DNA from: Heterodontus francisci
Taxonomy: Eukaryota
DNA length: 64,000 bases
Assembly (NCBI RefSeq): GCF_036365525.1
Contig: NW_027140861.1
Location: 186,001 to 250,000, forward strand
Direction of reading: 5' to 3'
The notes beneath the pieces were generated by a model that saw nothing but the letters and a program-made list of their open reading frames with translations, had not been told where the DNA came from and did no database searches. Shown one piece after another: positions 46,215 to 58,235 of the stretch (positions within the stretch are counted from its first letter, which is position 1; each line of letters begins with the position of its first letter). The translations under genes were made by a program, and so were the position numbers.

Positions 46215-48013
46215 AAGTGGTAGAAGTGTCAGTGGGAGGACATTACGGTGATTGTGACCATAACTCTGTACGATTTAAGGTAGTTATGGAAAATGGCAAA
46301 GATGGACCGGAAATAAAGGTACTGAATTGGGGGAAGGCCGATTTCAATATGATAAAACAGGATCTGGCCAAAGTGGACTGGGAGCATCTACTTGTAGGAA
46401 AGTCTACATCAGACCAGTGGGAATCAGTCAAAAAGGAAATAGTGAGAGTTCAGGGCCAACATGTTCCAGTAAAGGTGAAGGGTAGGACCAACAGGTCCAG
46501 GGAACCCTGGATGTCAAGGGGGAAAGAGGATTGGATGAGAAAAAAAAGGAGGCTTATGGCAAATTCAGAGGGTGGAAAACAGCAGAGGCCCTAGAGGAGT
46601 TTAGAAAGTGTAGAGGCGTACTTAAAAAAGTAATTAGGAGAGGGGGCATGAAAAAACACTGGTGTGCAAGATAAAGGAAAATCCTAAGGTGTTTTATAAG
46701 TACATTAAGGGCAAGAGGATAACCAGGGAAAGAGTAGGGCCCATTACAAAGTGGCAATTTGTATGTGGAGCTGGAGAACATAGGTGAGGCTTTGAATGAT
46801 TACTTTTCATCTGTGTTCACTATGGAGAAGGATGATGTAAGTGGAGGAGGATTTGATATACTTGAACAAATTAGCACTGAAAGGGAGGAGGTATTAGTGG
46901 TTTTAGCGGGCTTAAAAGTGGATAAATCCCCAGGCCCAGATGAGATGTATACCAGGCTGCTATGTGAGGCAAGGGAGGATATTTCGGAGGCTCTGACACA
47001 AATTTTCAAATCCTCTCTAGCCACAGGAGAGTTGCCAGAGGACTGGAGGACAGTGAATGTGGTATCATTATTCAAGAAAGGTAGTAGGGATAAACCAGGT
47101 AATTACAGGCCAGTGAGTCTAACATCAGTGGTAGGGAAACTATTGGAAAATATTCTGAGGGACAGGATTAATCTCCACTTGGAGAGGCAGGAATTAATCA
47201 AGAATAGTCAGCACGGCTTTGTCGGGGAGATCATGTCTAAGAAATCTGACTGAATTTTTCGAGGAGGTGATTAGATGTGTAGATAAGGGTAAAGTAGTTG
47301 ATGTAGTATACGTGGACTTCAGTAAGGCTTTTGATAAGGTCCCGCATGGGAGATTATTCAAGAAGATAAGAGCCCATGGGATCCAGGGCAATTTGGCAAA
47401 CTGGATCCAAAATTGACTCCGTGCAGGAGGCAGAGGGTGTTGGTGGATTGGTGTTTTGTGATTGGAAGCCTGTGACCAGTTATGTACCGCAGGGATCGTG
47501 CTATTTGTGCTGTTTGTCGTGTACATTAATGATTTAGACATGAATATAGGAGGTATGATCAGTAAGTTCGCAGATAACACTAAAATTGGTGGTGTCGTAA
47601 ATAGTGAGGAGGAAAGTCTTAGATTACAGGATGATATAGATGGGCCGGTAAGATGGGCAGAGCAGTGGCAAATGGAATTTAATCCTGAGAAGTGCGAGGT
47701 GATGCATTTTGGGAGGACTAACAAGTCATGGGAATATACAATGGATGCTAGGTCCCTAGGAAGAACAGAGGGTCAGAGGGACCTTTGTGTACTTGCCCAT
47801 AGATCACTGAACGCAACAGCACAGGTAGATAAGGTAATAAGGGATACTTGCATTATTTGGCCAAGGCATAGAATAGAAGAGCAGGGAGGTTATGATGGAG
47901 CTGTATAAAACGCTAGTCAGGCCACAGCAGGAGTACTGTGTACAGTTCTGGTCACCACACTATATGAAGGATGTGATTGAACTGGAGAGGGTGCAGCTGA
48001 GATTCACCAGGAT
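46215..48013 (+). mobile_element. CR1 LINE ORF2 fragment (EN end to RT), frameshifted
   Basis: DCDHNSV, KSPGPD, PGNYRPVSLTSVVGK, QHGF, DFSKAFDKVPH, SKFADN, LYKTLVRP. Confidence 0.93.
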
Positions 48014-48767
48014 TGTAAGAGGTTCCGTTCCCGTACCCCCTTACTACAGTTCTTGGAATTTGGGAATGACAAGAACAAAATTGCACACGACACAGGATTA
48101 GGCTGAACCACAAATTTGTTTATTTAAAAAAACAAAAACCCTCCGAACACCCTGTTACAAAGACTTCTAAACTAATTTAAAGGACACCGTACGACACCTT
48201 GATTGGTTAGTCAGATTTAAATCCCTCCACGATTTCACCCTCAGCGCTCACCCAAACACACAGGTCACCATAACTTATAAAATAAACCTTTTAGAAAAAC
48301 AAACACAGGCAAAATTCCACGTTTCTGCCCCAAATTCACTCAATTCAAAACCCAAACCCTCCCAGGATTTGGTTGCTACACTTAAAATTGTTTTAAAACT
48401 CTCAGCCTCAAATACCCCTTGGATTTGGCTGATAATTTATAATCCTCACATCTCCTGAAGCCATCCTGCTGGATGGTCAGCACTTAGCACCTTTTAATCC
48501 TTTTCCTCTGTTACCTGCCTGGTCCAAACACATCCATTTAGTGCTGATGTGATTTCCCTGACCGAGAACAATGAATTCCACCAAGGTGAGGTAATCCAGG
48601 CTCCAAAGCTAATATCCATGAAAGAGGTTTCTCTCCTGTCTTGACAGGAGTGAATGCTATGCTCTGGGGTCGGCTAGTTGTAACAATGGCTTTCCCAATC
48701 AATTAACATGATGGCAGTTCTCTTGTGTCACTGTTATAATAATGTCCCAAATTCCAGTCCTTTCACA
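48014..48767 (-). mobile_element. Putative solo LTR (Gypsy/ERV type), 754 bp
   Basis: TGTAAGAGG...CCTTTCACA imperfect inverted ends; flanks GGAT/GTAT; TTTATT (AATAAA on minus) ~48119; CR1 stops abruptly at its left edge. Confidence 0.5.
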
Positions 48768-48879
48768 GTATGAGTTCTGTTGTGATGTTGGAATGTTTGT
48801 AAATTGACCCACAGGAATGCAGCCTGCCTCTGTGTGCTTTGCGCTGAGGTTTGGCTCTTTGGCTCACAGTACTAGTGTC

Positions 48880-50425
48880 CAAGGGGGTTGGGATACCTTC
48901 CCCATACTGTACAAAGTCCAGTTGAGGGGGAGGCATTTCGATCCCACAGTTCGGACACAGGCCACATTTTGTGGCCCAGGTCTGACTTTTGTACGCCGTG
49001 GCAGAGTGTCTGATCAAAGTTAACAGGTCCTTGATGGCACTCCTTCGCTTTGGTAGAGGAGTATCTCAGGGATGTCCCATGTCCAGCCAATTATCTCCCA
49101 TCTGTGTGGAGCCATTCCTGTGCCTGCTTCGCAGTAGATTGACAGGTTTGGCTCTGAGCAGGCCGCGCATGTGGGTCGTCCTCTCAGCTTACGTCGAAGA
49201 TGTGCTCCTCGCGGTCACAAATCCCATTGACTTGCGGAGGATGCACGACTGACATCAGACTTTTTATGCCTCATCCTCTGTGAGGATCAAATGGGGAAAA
49301 TGTTCAGGTCTCCTGGTGGGTCAGTGGCGGGTGGAGCCCCTGCTGGAGGAGTTAATGAGTTTTGCATGGAGACCACGCACTTCCTCTATTTGGGAGTCCA
49401 CCTTAGCCCCACTGAGGAATCCTGGCTGGCAAACTGGGAGGAGTTGGAAGCGACAGCCATTACTGGGTTAGGGCTCTGGACAGGACTGCTCTGAATGCTT
49501 TCCTACAGGGGACGAGCACTGGTCATAAACCAGCTGGTGGCCTCAATGTTGTGATACCGATTGGTCACTTTGGTCCTGTCCCCTGCATTGCCACCAAGAT
49601 TCAGAAGAAGCTCGTCAATTTCTTCTGGAGCAAGAGAAAACTCTGGGTCTCTGCCGCGGTCCTGTGTCTCCCGATTGCGGAGGGCGGCCAGTCGCTGGTG
49701 TGCGTCCGCACCAGACTGCGACTCTCCACCTTCAGACCCCGCAGAGATACCTGTATGTCGAGTGTCCTCCCAGATTGTATGCACTGGTCTTGTTTTTTTT
49801 CTGCCAGGGGCACTGCCTTCAAGACAACACACAGCTCTCGGTGGGGAATGTTAGCTCCGCCTCCCTGAGGGAGTTGCCTGTCTTTTACTGCGATCTATTC
49901 AGAGTCTGGAACATGGTCACCTCCAGTCGGGGCACCCACCTGCTGGCAGAGGAACGGGCCTTGGCTGTCGGGTCAGCCAGCTCTGGGGATGGACCGACGG
50001 GTGGAGGGGTAGCTGAAGCCCCCGGCACACCCCTCACTGTGGGTGACATTGGGGCTCGGGAGTATGGAGCACTCCCAGCCGAGCTGACCCCCGCTCAGCC
50101 AGAACTGCTCATCGGTCCGGGGCACCGAAACCCTCCTCGGGAGCCTGTCCCGCACAACCTGAGCCACCTCTCGAAAATGCCCTCTGTGCCATTCCACACC
50201 ACGCGGAGGGGTTTCCTGTACGGGCTGCTCCTGCTCACTCTCCACTTCCTCACCCTCGTCTGCCACCTGGACATGCTTTTGCGACCCTTATTACCAGCTG
50301 GGGGTGAGGGGAAACCCCGTGGAGGTCTCTCTACGTGGGAAACTTCACCCTTTACATCGGGGTGCAGGGTGCTGCACAGGGCAGTCCCGTGCAACAGACT
50401 GTTAAATAGGTACACGGACTGTCCA
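48880..50425 (+). mobile_element. Tx1-clade LINE ORF2 3' half (RT to zf-RVT region), decayed
   Basis: GRGVSQGCPMS, SAYVEDV (from YADD), YLGVHL, GRALVINQL, EGGQSLVC, RVLHRAVPCNR. Confidence 0.88.
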
Positions 50426-50429
50426 GGCC

Positions 50430-51850
50430 GATGTGAAGCAAGGGGAGGCCTCACAGTGTGAGCACACAGTGCAATGCACTTCACTGTTTATCAACACAGA
50501 GATGATGGACTGGGGGAGGCCTCACTGTGTGAACACAGTGTGAAATATACACAATGTTTATAAACATACACATAAATGAGGGAGGTGGTGGTGTAGTGGT
50601 TATGTCACTGGACTAGTAATCCAGAGACCAGGCTAATGCTCTGGAGGCATGGGGTTCGAATCCCACCATGACAGATGGTGAAGTTTAAATTCAATTTATA
50701 AATCTGGAATTAAAAGCTGGTCTAATGGTGACCATGAAACCATTATCGATTGTTATAAAAACCCATTTGGTTCACTAATGTCCTTTACAGAAGGAAATCT
50801 GCCGTCCTTACTCGGTCTGGCTGACATGTGACTCCAGACACACAGCAATGTGGTTGAATTGTAAATGGCCACTGAAATGGCCCAGCAAGACACTCAGTAC
50901 AACAACAATAAATGCTGGTCTAGTCAGTGATGCCCACATTCCACAAAAATACAAATAAATAAAACAGAGAGATGATCGACCAGGGGAGACCTCACAGTGT
51001 GAACACAGGGTGATGTACACTTAGTGTTTATAAACACAGAGAGATGATCGACCAGGGGAGACCTCACAGTGTGAACACAGGGTGATGTACACTCAGTGTT
51101 TATAAACACAGAGAGATAATCGACCAGGGGAGACCTCACAGTGTGAACACAGGGTGATGTACACTCAGTGTTTATAAACGCAGAAAGATGATAGACCAGG
51201 GGAGGCCTCACAGTGCGAACACAGGGTGATGTGCACTCAGTGTTTACGAACACAGAGAGATGATCGACAAGGGGAGGCCTCACAGTGCGAACACAGGGTG
51301 ATGTGCACTCAGTGTTTATAAACACAGAGAGATGATAGACCAGGGGAGGCCTCACAGTGCGAACACAGGGTGATGTGCACTCAGTGTTTACAAACACAGA
51401 GAGATGATCGACCAGGGGAGGCCTCACAGTGCGAACACAGGGTGATGTGCACTCAGTGTTTACAAACACAGAGAGATGATAGACCAGGGGAGGCCTCACA
51501 GTGCGAACACAGGGTGATGTGCACTCAGTGTTTACAAACACAGAGAGATGATCGACCAGGGGAGGCCTCACTGTGCGAACACAGGGTGATGTACACTCAA
51601 TGTTTATAAACACAGAGAGATGATAGACCAGGGGAGGCCTCACAGTGTGAACACAGGGTGATGTGCACTCAGTGTTTATAAACACAGAGAGATGATAGAC
51701 CAGGGGAGGCCTCACAGTGTGAACACAGGGTGATGTGCACTCAGTGTTTACAAACACAGAGAGATGATCGACCAGGGGAGGCCTCACAGTGTGAACACAG
51801 GGTGATGTACACTCAGTGTTTATAAACACAGAGAGATGATAGACCAGGGG
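50430..51850. repeat. 72-bp minisatellite (~12 good copies 50965-51850 plus ~2 degenerate copies left of a SINE insertion)
   Basis: Unit GAGAGATGATCGACCAGGGGAGGCCTCACAGTGTGAACACAGGGTGATGTACACTCAGTGTTTATAAACACA; 24-aa periodicity. Confidence 0.95.
50580..50960 (+). mobile_element. tRNA-derived SINE, shortest form of the 44621 family
   Basis: Same head (TGGTGTAGTGG, GGTTCGAATCC) and core, joined directly to the tail CAATAAATGCTGG...GATGCCCACAT. Confidence 0.88.
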
Positions 51851-51861
51851 TTGGTATCACA

Positions 51862-53897
51862 GTGTTCAAAGAAGCGCACTTGCAATGCTCCGGGCCTGGG
51901 CGCGTCCAGTTTCACATAGTGGAGCGGCACACTCCCCAGGCGAACAGCGAGGTGGAGCAAGCAGCCCAGCACCAGCTCCTTGACCCCCAAGATTCCTGGC
52001 TGAAAAGTCGGGGCCAACAAGATAGCCACCCCACTAGAAATAGGGGTGAGGTGACTCATGCAGACCCCACCCTGCCACTCCAGGGGCCAGGTGGCTACGT
52101 CTCCCGGAACGGTGTGGATTTCCTGCAGAAAGCTCACTGCGTATCTCCCTTCCCTGAGGACTGAGAGATTGTGAAATCTGCGGTGAGACCCCCTGCTGCC
52201 ATTGATGTTGAGGCTGGCTATGGTTATCTTCATGTCAAAGGTAGTTAAAAACCATCACCAACACCTCACTGTGAGGAGGCAGTGGAAGTGCACCTGGCCT
52301 TCCACTCCTCCTGCAACCCATTGAGGAACGCTTTAAACCGGTGCCTCTCATGCCCGTGCCCTTCCCCACTTTCTGGAGGGTGGCACGGACAGACCGGATG
52401 AATAGCGCCAGATTCAACCAACGGCCGAGGACCAGCTTAACTTTATTGCGGCAACCCCTGCATGCTGCGAGAAAATCTCGGAGTTTCGCTGTGGGGATGA
52501 GAGGAGACTCAGTGGGAGGCACGAGGGACTCCATCACCTCACTGGTGATGGAATCAAGATAGTCCTCCGTGCCCCACATCGAGTCCCTATCCTCCTCTGG
52601 GTCGTCACCGCCAGCAGCCGACACACCCACCACACACTGTGGAACGGACATCCTGCTGAGCCAGCTGGTTCCGCCTCTGTCACGATCCCACCCCCAGGAT
52701 CGATGGCGGAGGAGTCCTCTCTGGGTTCTACTGTGACACTGGAGCCTTTGGGCGCCAATGGTTCAGGACCCCCCTCCACCTCCGTCCCCAGGCCAATGAG
52801 CGTTCCAGGGGAGACGGAAGTTCCCGACTCCAGAAATACAGCCGGAGCCGAGACCAGAGGTGGAGAGAGGATGTCATCTCCTGCCCTGCCTGTGTCCACA
52901 GGCCCAGCAGACGGGGCATCATTTTCAACTATCACTGGGTCTGGCATGTCCTGATTGAGTGTGGATTTCGGCTGGGAGTGCCGACCCTTTGGGGCCTTGT
53001 CCTCCTCTCCATTCCGGACACCCGACCCAGTGACAGAAAGGGAGACGTCCCCAGGCTCCCCCACCACAAGCAGGGCTCCACTTGCTCCTTCAGGAGGGGC
53101 TGCATGTACAGGAGCTTCCCCCTCCCCTCCATCCTGAGGGCCAGAGAGCTCCTGCCCAGGCTTTACAGCCTTGATGGTGGTGGTGGCAGGGGGAACCTGG
53201 GGACCTGAACCAGGAGACAGCTCCCCTCCAACAGATGGGTCCTGCTCCACAGGGCCCTGATTTACCTCCGTGGAGGGGTGCCTTCTCCTCTTTTTCCTAC
53301 TGGGGTGCAGAGGCGCAGAGACCTCCACGTCATCAGGGGCCTTCGCCTCCACAACCTCCTTTTGCCTGGTCACCCTGGGCCTGAGCCCAGCCCTGGGGCA
53401 GGTGGATTTCCCGTGAGCGGGCCTTGAGCTGAGCCGAGGCTCGGGTTGTGTCATGGTGTCCAGGGGACGCACTTCTCGGTGTTTAATTTTCCTCCACGCC
53501 TTCCTTCCACTCGGACGGGCACACCGCCCCCCCACCCCACCGGAGGCCGTGAAAACCACACCATCTGGAACCGATTGAGCGGAATCTTTAGGAGGTGTAG
53601 GGGGAGTGGGAGGAGGTGCAGCGGTGCCACCCTGGGCCGCCGAGGTGGAGTTGGTAGCCGGGAGGTTGGGGCATTTCTTACAAACATTCCCCACCCCCTT
53701 GCAGACATGGCACCGCACCTCGTCCACGGAGCAGAAGATTCGGTAGGTCTTCCCCTGGTACTCTACATTGAAATGGCCATCTGTGACCTCCTCCCACACC
53801 AGCTGCATAAATAACTGGCGGCGGAAGGAGTACACATGCCGGAGGCTTTTCTCCTGAAGACCGAGCGGGACTGCGGTGAGCCCTGTCTTTACTTCCC
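51862..53897 (-). mobile_element. Tx1-clade LINE 5' half: ORF1 (zinc knuckle) and ORF2 APE N-terminus
   Basis: ORF1 YSFRRQLFM..RCHVCKGVGNVCKKCP; ORF2 starts MKITIASLNINGSR..FLQEIH..SSGVAILL at 52233. Confidence 0.9.
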
Positions 53898-53900
53898 TAC

Positions 53901-54305
53901 ATAGCAGATGGTGAAATTTGAATTTAATTTCTGAATCTGGAATCTAATGATGACCATGAAACCATTGTCAATTGTTGTAAAAACCCATCTTGGTCAATAA
54001 TGTCCTTTCGGGAAGGAAATCTGCTGTTCTTACCTGGTCTGGCCTACATGTGACTCCAGACCCACAGCAATGTGGTTAACCCTTACATGCCCTCTGAAAT
54101 GGCCTAGCAAGTCACTCAGTTGTATCTAACCGCTACGAAGTCAATAAAAAGGAATGCCTAACATCACTGTGGGTGCACCTACCCCACATTGACTGCAGCA
54201 GTTCAAGAAAGCCACAACCACACCACCTTCTCAAGGGTAATTAGGGACGGGCAATAAATGCTGGCCCGGCCAGTGATGCCCACATCCCATGAATGAATAA
54301 AAAAT
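53901..54305 (+). mobile_element. 5'-truncated SINE-like derivative of the 44621 family with a longer 3' LINE tail
   Basis: Matches ~44710-44976, then jumps to CCTAACATCACTGTGGG...CACCACCTTCTCAAGGG...CAATAAATGCTGGCC...CCCATGAATGAATAAAAAA. Confidence 0.85.
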
Positions 54306-54309
54306 AACT

Positions 54310-56050
54310 TCCAAATTCATCTTAAATGTTTGAATAATTGTCAGCCAGTTGCTGCTGATGTGCTGAGTGTATTTCCATATTGGGCACAAATGCCTCGGGG
54401 AGTGTGGATCACAGTCAGGTTAAAAAACAGGGAAAAGGCCATTGTACAAACTACCTAATAGTAGAAGGGGATTCGTGGAAATTATGTAGCAAAGCTCTGA
54501 AATAAGTAAAATTTATAGCAGAAAAATCATGGGAAATGTCAACTCCAGCAATGATGTGGGAAGAAGATGTAGAGAAAGGGGAAAAGGTAATGGAGTATTT
54601 ACAGTGTGTTCAGGACACAATTCCTACCCAGTAGATCAAAGTTCACCAAGGGTGGATCCAGTCACTGAAAATAAACCAGAGCAGATATGAAAAGTAAACT
54701 TGGGTGAGAATTGAGGCAATATCAATGACAACATAATAAGCTTTAAGGCAATGATTCAGATCGATATCAGTAAGAAAAGCCAAAAATAATCGATTAGAAA
54801 AAGCTGATTTTTGGGAGTTGAAATTGCAACTGGTGAAGATTAACTGGAACAGAATATTAACAAAGAGAGAGAACAGTGCTGGAGAATTATTAAAAAGGTG
54901 ACCAATAGACTTCAGCAGAAATATATTCCACTCAAAAAGAACAGATTGGCCTTTTATGAATCACTAGGGACGAATAAAGGGATAAGTACAAAATTGAAAC
55001 TAAAGTAAAAATCATGTACCTAATATATTAGCAATAAAGGAGAGGATGACAAATAGTGAAATCAAAGAGATTAGGAATGAAGTCAAAAAATTATGAAGGC
55101 AAAGAACAGCAGAAAATATAAATAGTCAAGGAATATGAAAAATATGAAAGTACCAAACAGACACATATAAATAATAAAAGGGAATTCAGAATAGGGACAG
55201 AGTCACTGAAGGATTAGATTAGATTAGATTAGAGATACAGCACTGAAACAGGCCCTTCGGCCCACCGAGTCTGTGCCGACCATCAACCACCCATTTATAC
55301 TAATCCTACACTAATCCCATATTCCTACCAAACATCCCCACCTGCCCCTGTATTTCCCTACCACCTACCTATACTAGTGACAATTTTTTATAATGGCCAA
55401 TTTACCTACCAACCTGCAAGTCTTTTGGCTTGTGGGAGGAAACCGGAGCACCCGGAGAAAACCCACGCAGACACAGGGAGAACTTGCAAACTCCACACAG
55501 GCAGTACCCAGAATCGAACCCGGGTCCCTGGAGCTGTGAGGCTGCGGTGCTAACCACTGCGCCACTGTGCCGCCCTAGGATGTACGAGAACAACTCACAG
55601 GTAATGATAGAGTTCATTAGTTTGCCTCAGTTTTTACCAGCTGGACTAACAATGTGAACTAGACAGCATTACAAATAGATATTAAAATATATAGAATAGA
55701 AAGGACAGGATACCAGTAAATATTAGAGAAAATAAACTCTTGGAACTGGATGAGTTACATCTGCATCGGTCAATGGAAGACTCCATTGAGAGCATCACAT
55801 ACAGTTCTGGACCTAACACCTAAAGAATGATGTTTTAGATTTGGAGGGGGTGAAACATACATTCACCAGAATGAAGATCGGGCTGAAAGGTTTAAATAAT
55901 AAGGATAAGTTTTACAGACGAGTCTTGCATCCCCTTGACCAGAGAAGATTAAGGGGTGATATTTTCAAGGGTCTCTGAGGATTAAAAGGATTAGATCGGA
56001 TAGGTAGAGGGAAACTAACTCCTCTGGCAGCTTATCCTGAATATTAGAGA
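54310..56050 (+). repeat. Copy 1 of an old tandem duplication made of a decayed, internally deleted CR1
   Basis: Colinear with 56989-58235 (e.g. TTTGCCTCAGTTTTTACCAGCTGGACTAACAA in both). Confidence 0.8.
55215..55575 (-). mobile_element. HE1-type SINE, full length, young
   Basis: GGGCGGCACAGTGGCGCAGTGG head, B box GGTTCGATTCT, (TAATC)n tail, AGGAT on both sides. Confidence 0.93.
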
Positions 56051-56584
56051 AAGGCCTCTCATCTCTCTGCTCTATTACTTCTCTCTCTTTCACTTTGTCT
56101 TTCCCACCTCATTCCCTCTCACTATTTTGCCTCTGTTTCTTGGTCCCTCTCATTGCCTCAGTCTCTTGGCCCTCTCTCCACCTCCATCACCTTTCTCCCC
56201 TCTCTCTTCTGCAATCTCTATTTCTCACCTTCTGTGTCACTATCTCCTCTTCTTTGCTCCCTTTCTCCCAACACAAACACCACTCACAATCCCAGCCTGA
56301 ATTCTGAATACATTCTGATATATTATTCCATACTGAATATACTGTATCAGCTGATTTCAACATCTACACTCCCAGTTTTTTAAATGATCTGTGAATGTGC
56401 CAGGCTCCATCAGTGGTTTTGAGTCTGGCAAGATTTTGCTGATAATCTGGAGGGGAAATTGCCTTTGCTTTTGTACTCGGAAGCAGCTCTGCCTCCCATC
56501 TCACCCAGTCCTCTTCATAAACTCATTTTATCACGTTTCATCTTGCAGTGACATATCCACCTGCTGAAGTATATACACTAGCTG

Positions 56585-56890
56585 TAGAGTCTAGAACTAG
56601 GAGACACAGTCTCTGAATAAGGGTCAACCAACTAGGACTAAGATGAGGAGGAATTTCTTCCCCCAAAGGGTTTTGGATCTGGAATTCTCTACCCCAGAGG
56701 GCTGTGGATGCTCAGACATTGAGTATATTCAAAGCAGAGATTGATTGATTTTTAGACAATGAGGGATTAAGGGATATGGAGATGGTGTGTGAAGGTGGAA
56801 TGAAGGTAACAGATCAGCCAAAAACATATGAACCGGTGGAGCAAGTTCCAATGGCCGAGTGGCCTACTCCTGCTCCTATATCTAGTGTTC
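56585..56890 (+). mobile_element. CR1 3' end fragment
   Basis: GAGTCTAGAACTAGG..GATGAGGAGGAATTTCTTC..GGCCGAGTGGCCTACTCCTGCTCCTAT. Confidence 0.85.
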
Positions 56891-56988
56891 ATATACCTGC
56901 AATGTGCTCCACTCTGTAAATCTTCTGGACCTTGTTTTTCCTTATTTCTGACAACCTGTCTTTGTAACTGAAGCTATTTGGTCAGTTT

Positions 56989-58235
56989 CCAAATTTATCT
57001 TAAACATTTGAGTAATTGGCAAGCAATTGCTGCTGATCTTATAAAGACATTTCCAGATAGGACATCGATACCTCAGAGGAATGTGGATCCAGTCAGGTTA
57101 AATAATGTAACAAAGGTTATTCTACAGACCACCTAATAGTGGAAGAGATCGAAAGGAAAATATACAAAGCTATGAAACAAGTTAAATTCATAGCATCGTA
57201 ATCATGGAATATTTCATAGCAAATAATCTGGCAAGAAGAGGAAGGAAAAGGGGATAAAAGGGAATGGAGCAGTTTCCCTGTGTTCCGGACATCTTTCCTC
57301 CCCAGTACATAAGAAGCCCAACAAGAGAGGAATCACTGATGGATCAAGCAATATAAAATGCACCAGAGCAGATAAAAGTTGGAGATTTCGGAGAAACACA
57401 TTGGAATATCAATCAGAACAGAATATAGTTTAAGGTAATGTTTGAGAAAGATGTAACTAAGAAAAGGCAAAAAATAATAGAATGTAAAACGCTGACTGGG
57501 GGGATGAAAATGGAAGTTGTGAAAATAAACTGGAACAAAATATTGATGAACAAAGATGGATCAGCAGTGGAAAATATGTAAAAAAGGGGATCGAAAATTC
57601 CACGAAAACAAGAACCAATTTAACAAATTATGAAACAGCATAAATGAAAGAAGGGATAAGTGTGAAACTGAAATGAAAGTCAAAGGCAGGTAATAAGTAT
57701 ATTGAGAATAAGGGAGAGGATGACGAAAACCAAAATCAGGAGGTGAGGGAACATGTTCAAAAAGTAAAACAAAGAGAAACTGTGAAATTAAATTCTGAAG
57801 AAATATAAAAAGAAATATTAAAATATCCTAGACACATAAATAACAGAAAGGTAAATTCGAATAGGGATAAAGTCAATGTCGGCTGCACAGGAAAAACTCA
57901 CAGGTAATGAGGAGAGATGGCAGAAAGATTGGAGAATTACTTTGCCTCAGTTTTACCAGCTGGACTAACAAGGTGGATTTGACATCATTCCAGGTAGATA
58001 TTAAAACATTTAAAACAGAAAGGAGGGGATAGCAGTAAAACCTAGAGATGATAAATTCTGGAAACTGGATGAATTGCATCCGTGTATACTAAAACAGGCA
58101 AGGGAAGACCCCATTGAGAGTGATGTATTCAGTTCTGGACCCTACACCTCAAGAATGATGTATTAGTTTAGGATGGGGTGCAGCACCTATTCACCAGAAT
58201 AATACTGAAGCTACAAGGGTTAACCTGTGAGGACT
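56989..58235 (+). repeat. Copy 2 of the old tandem duplication (decayed CR1)
   Basis: Colinear with 54310-55905, lacks the HE1 insertion. Confidence 0.8.

Noticed and set aside
56330-56570. Unique-looking segment as a host exon (similarly 42510-42950)
   Set aside because: No recognisable peptide or convincing splice-site pair in the frames I read
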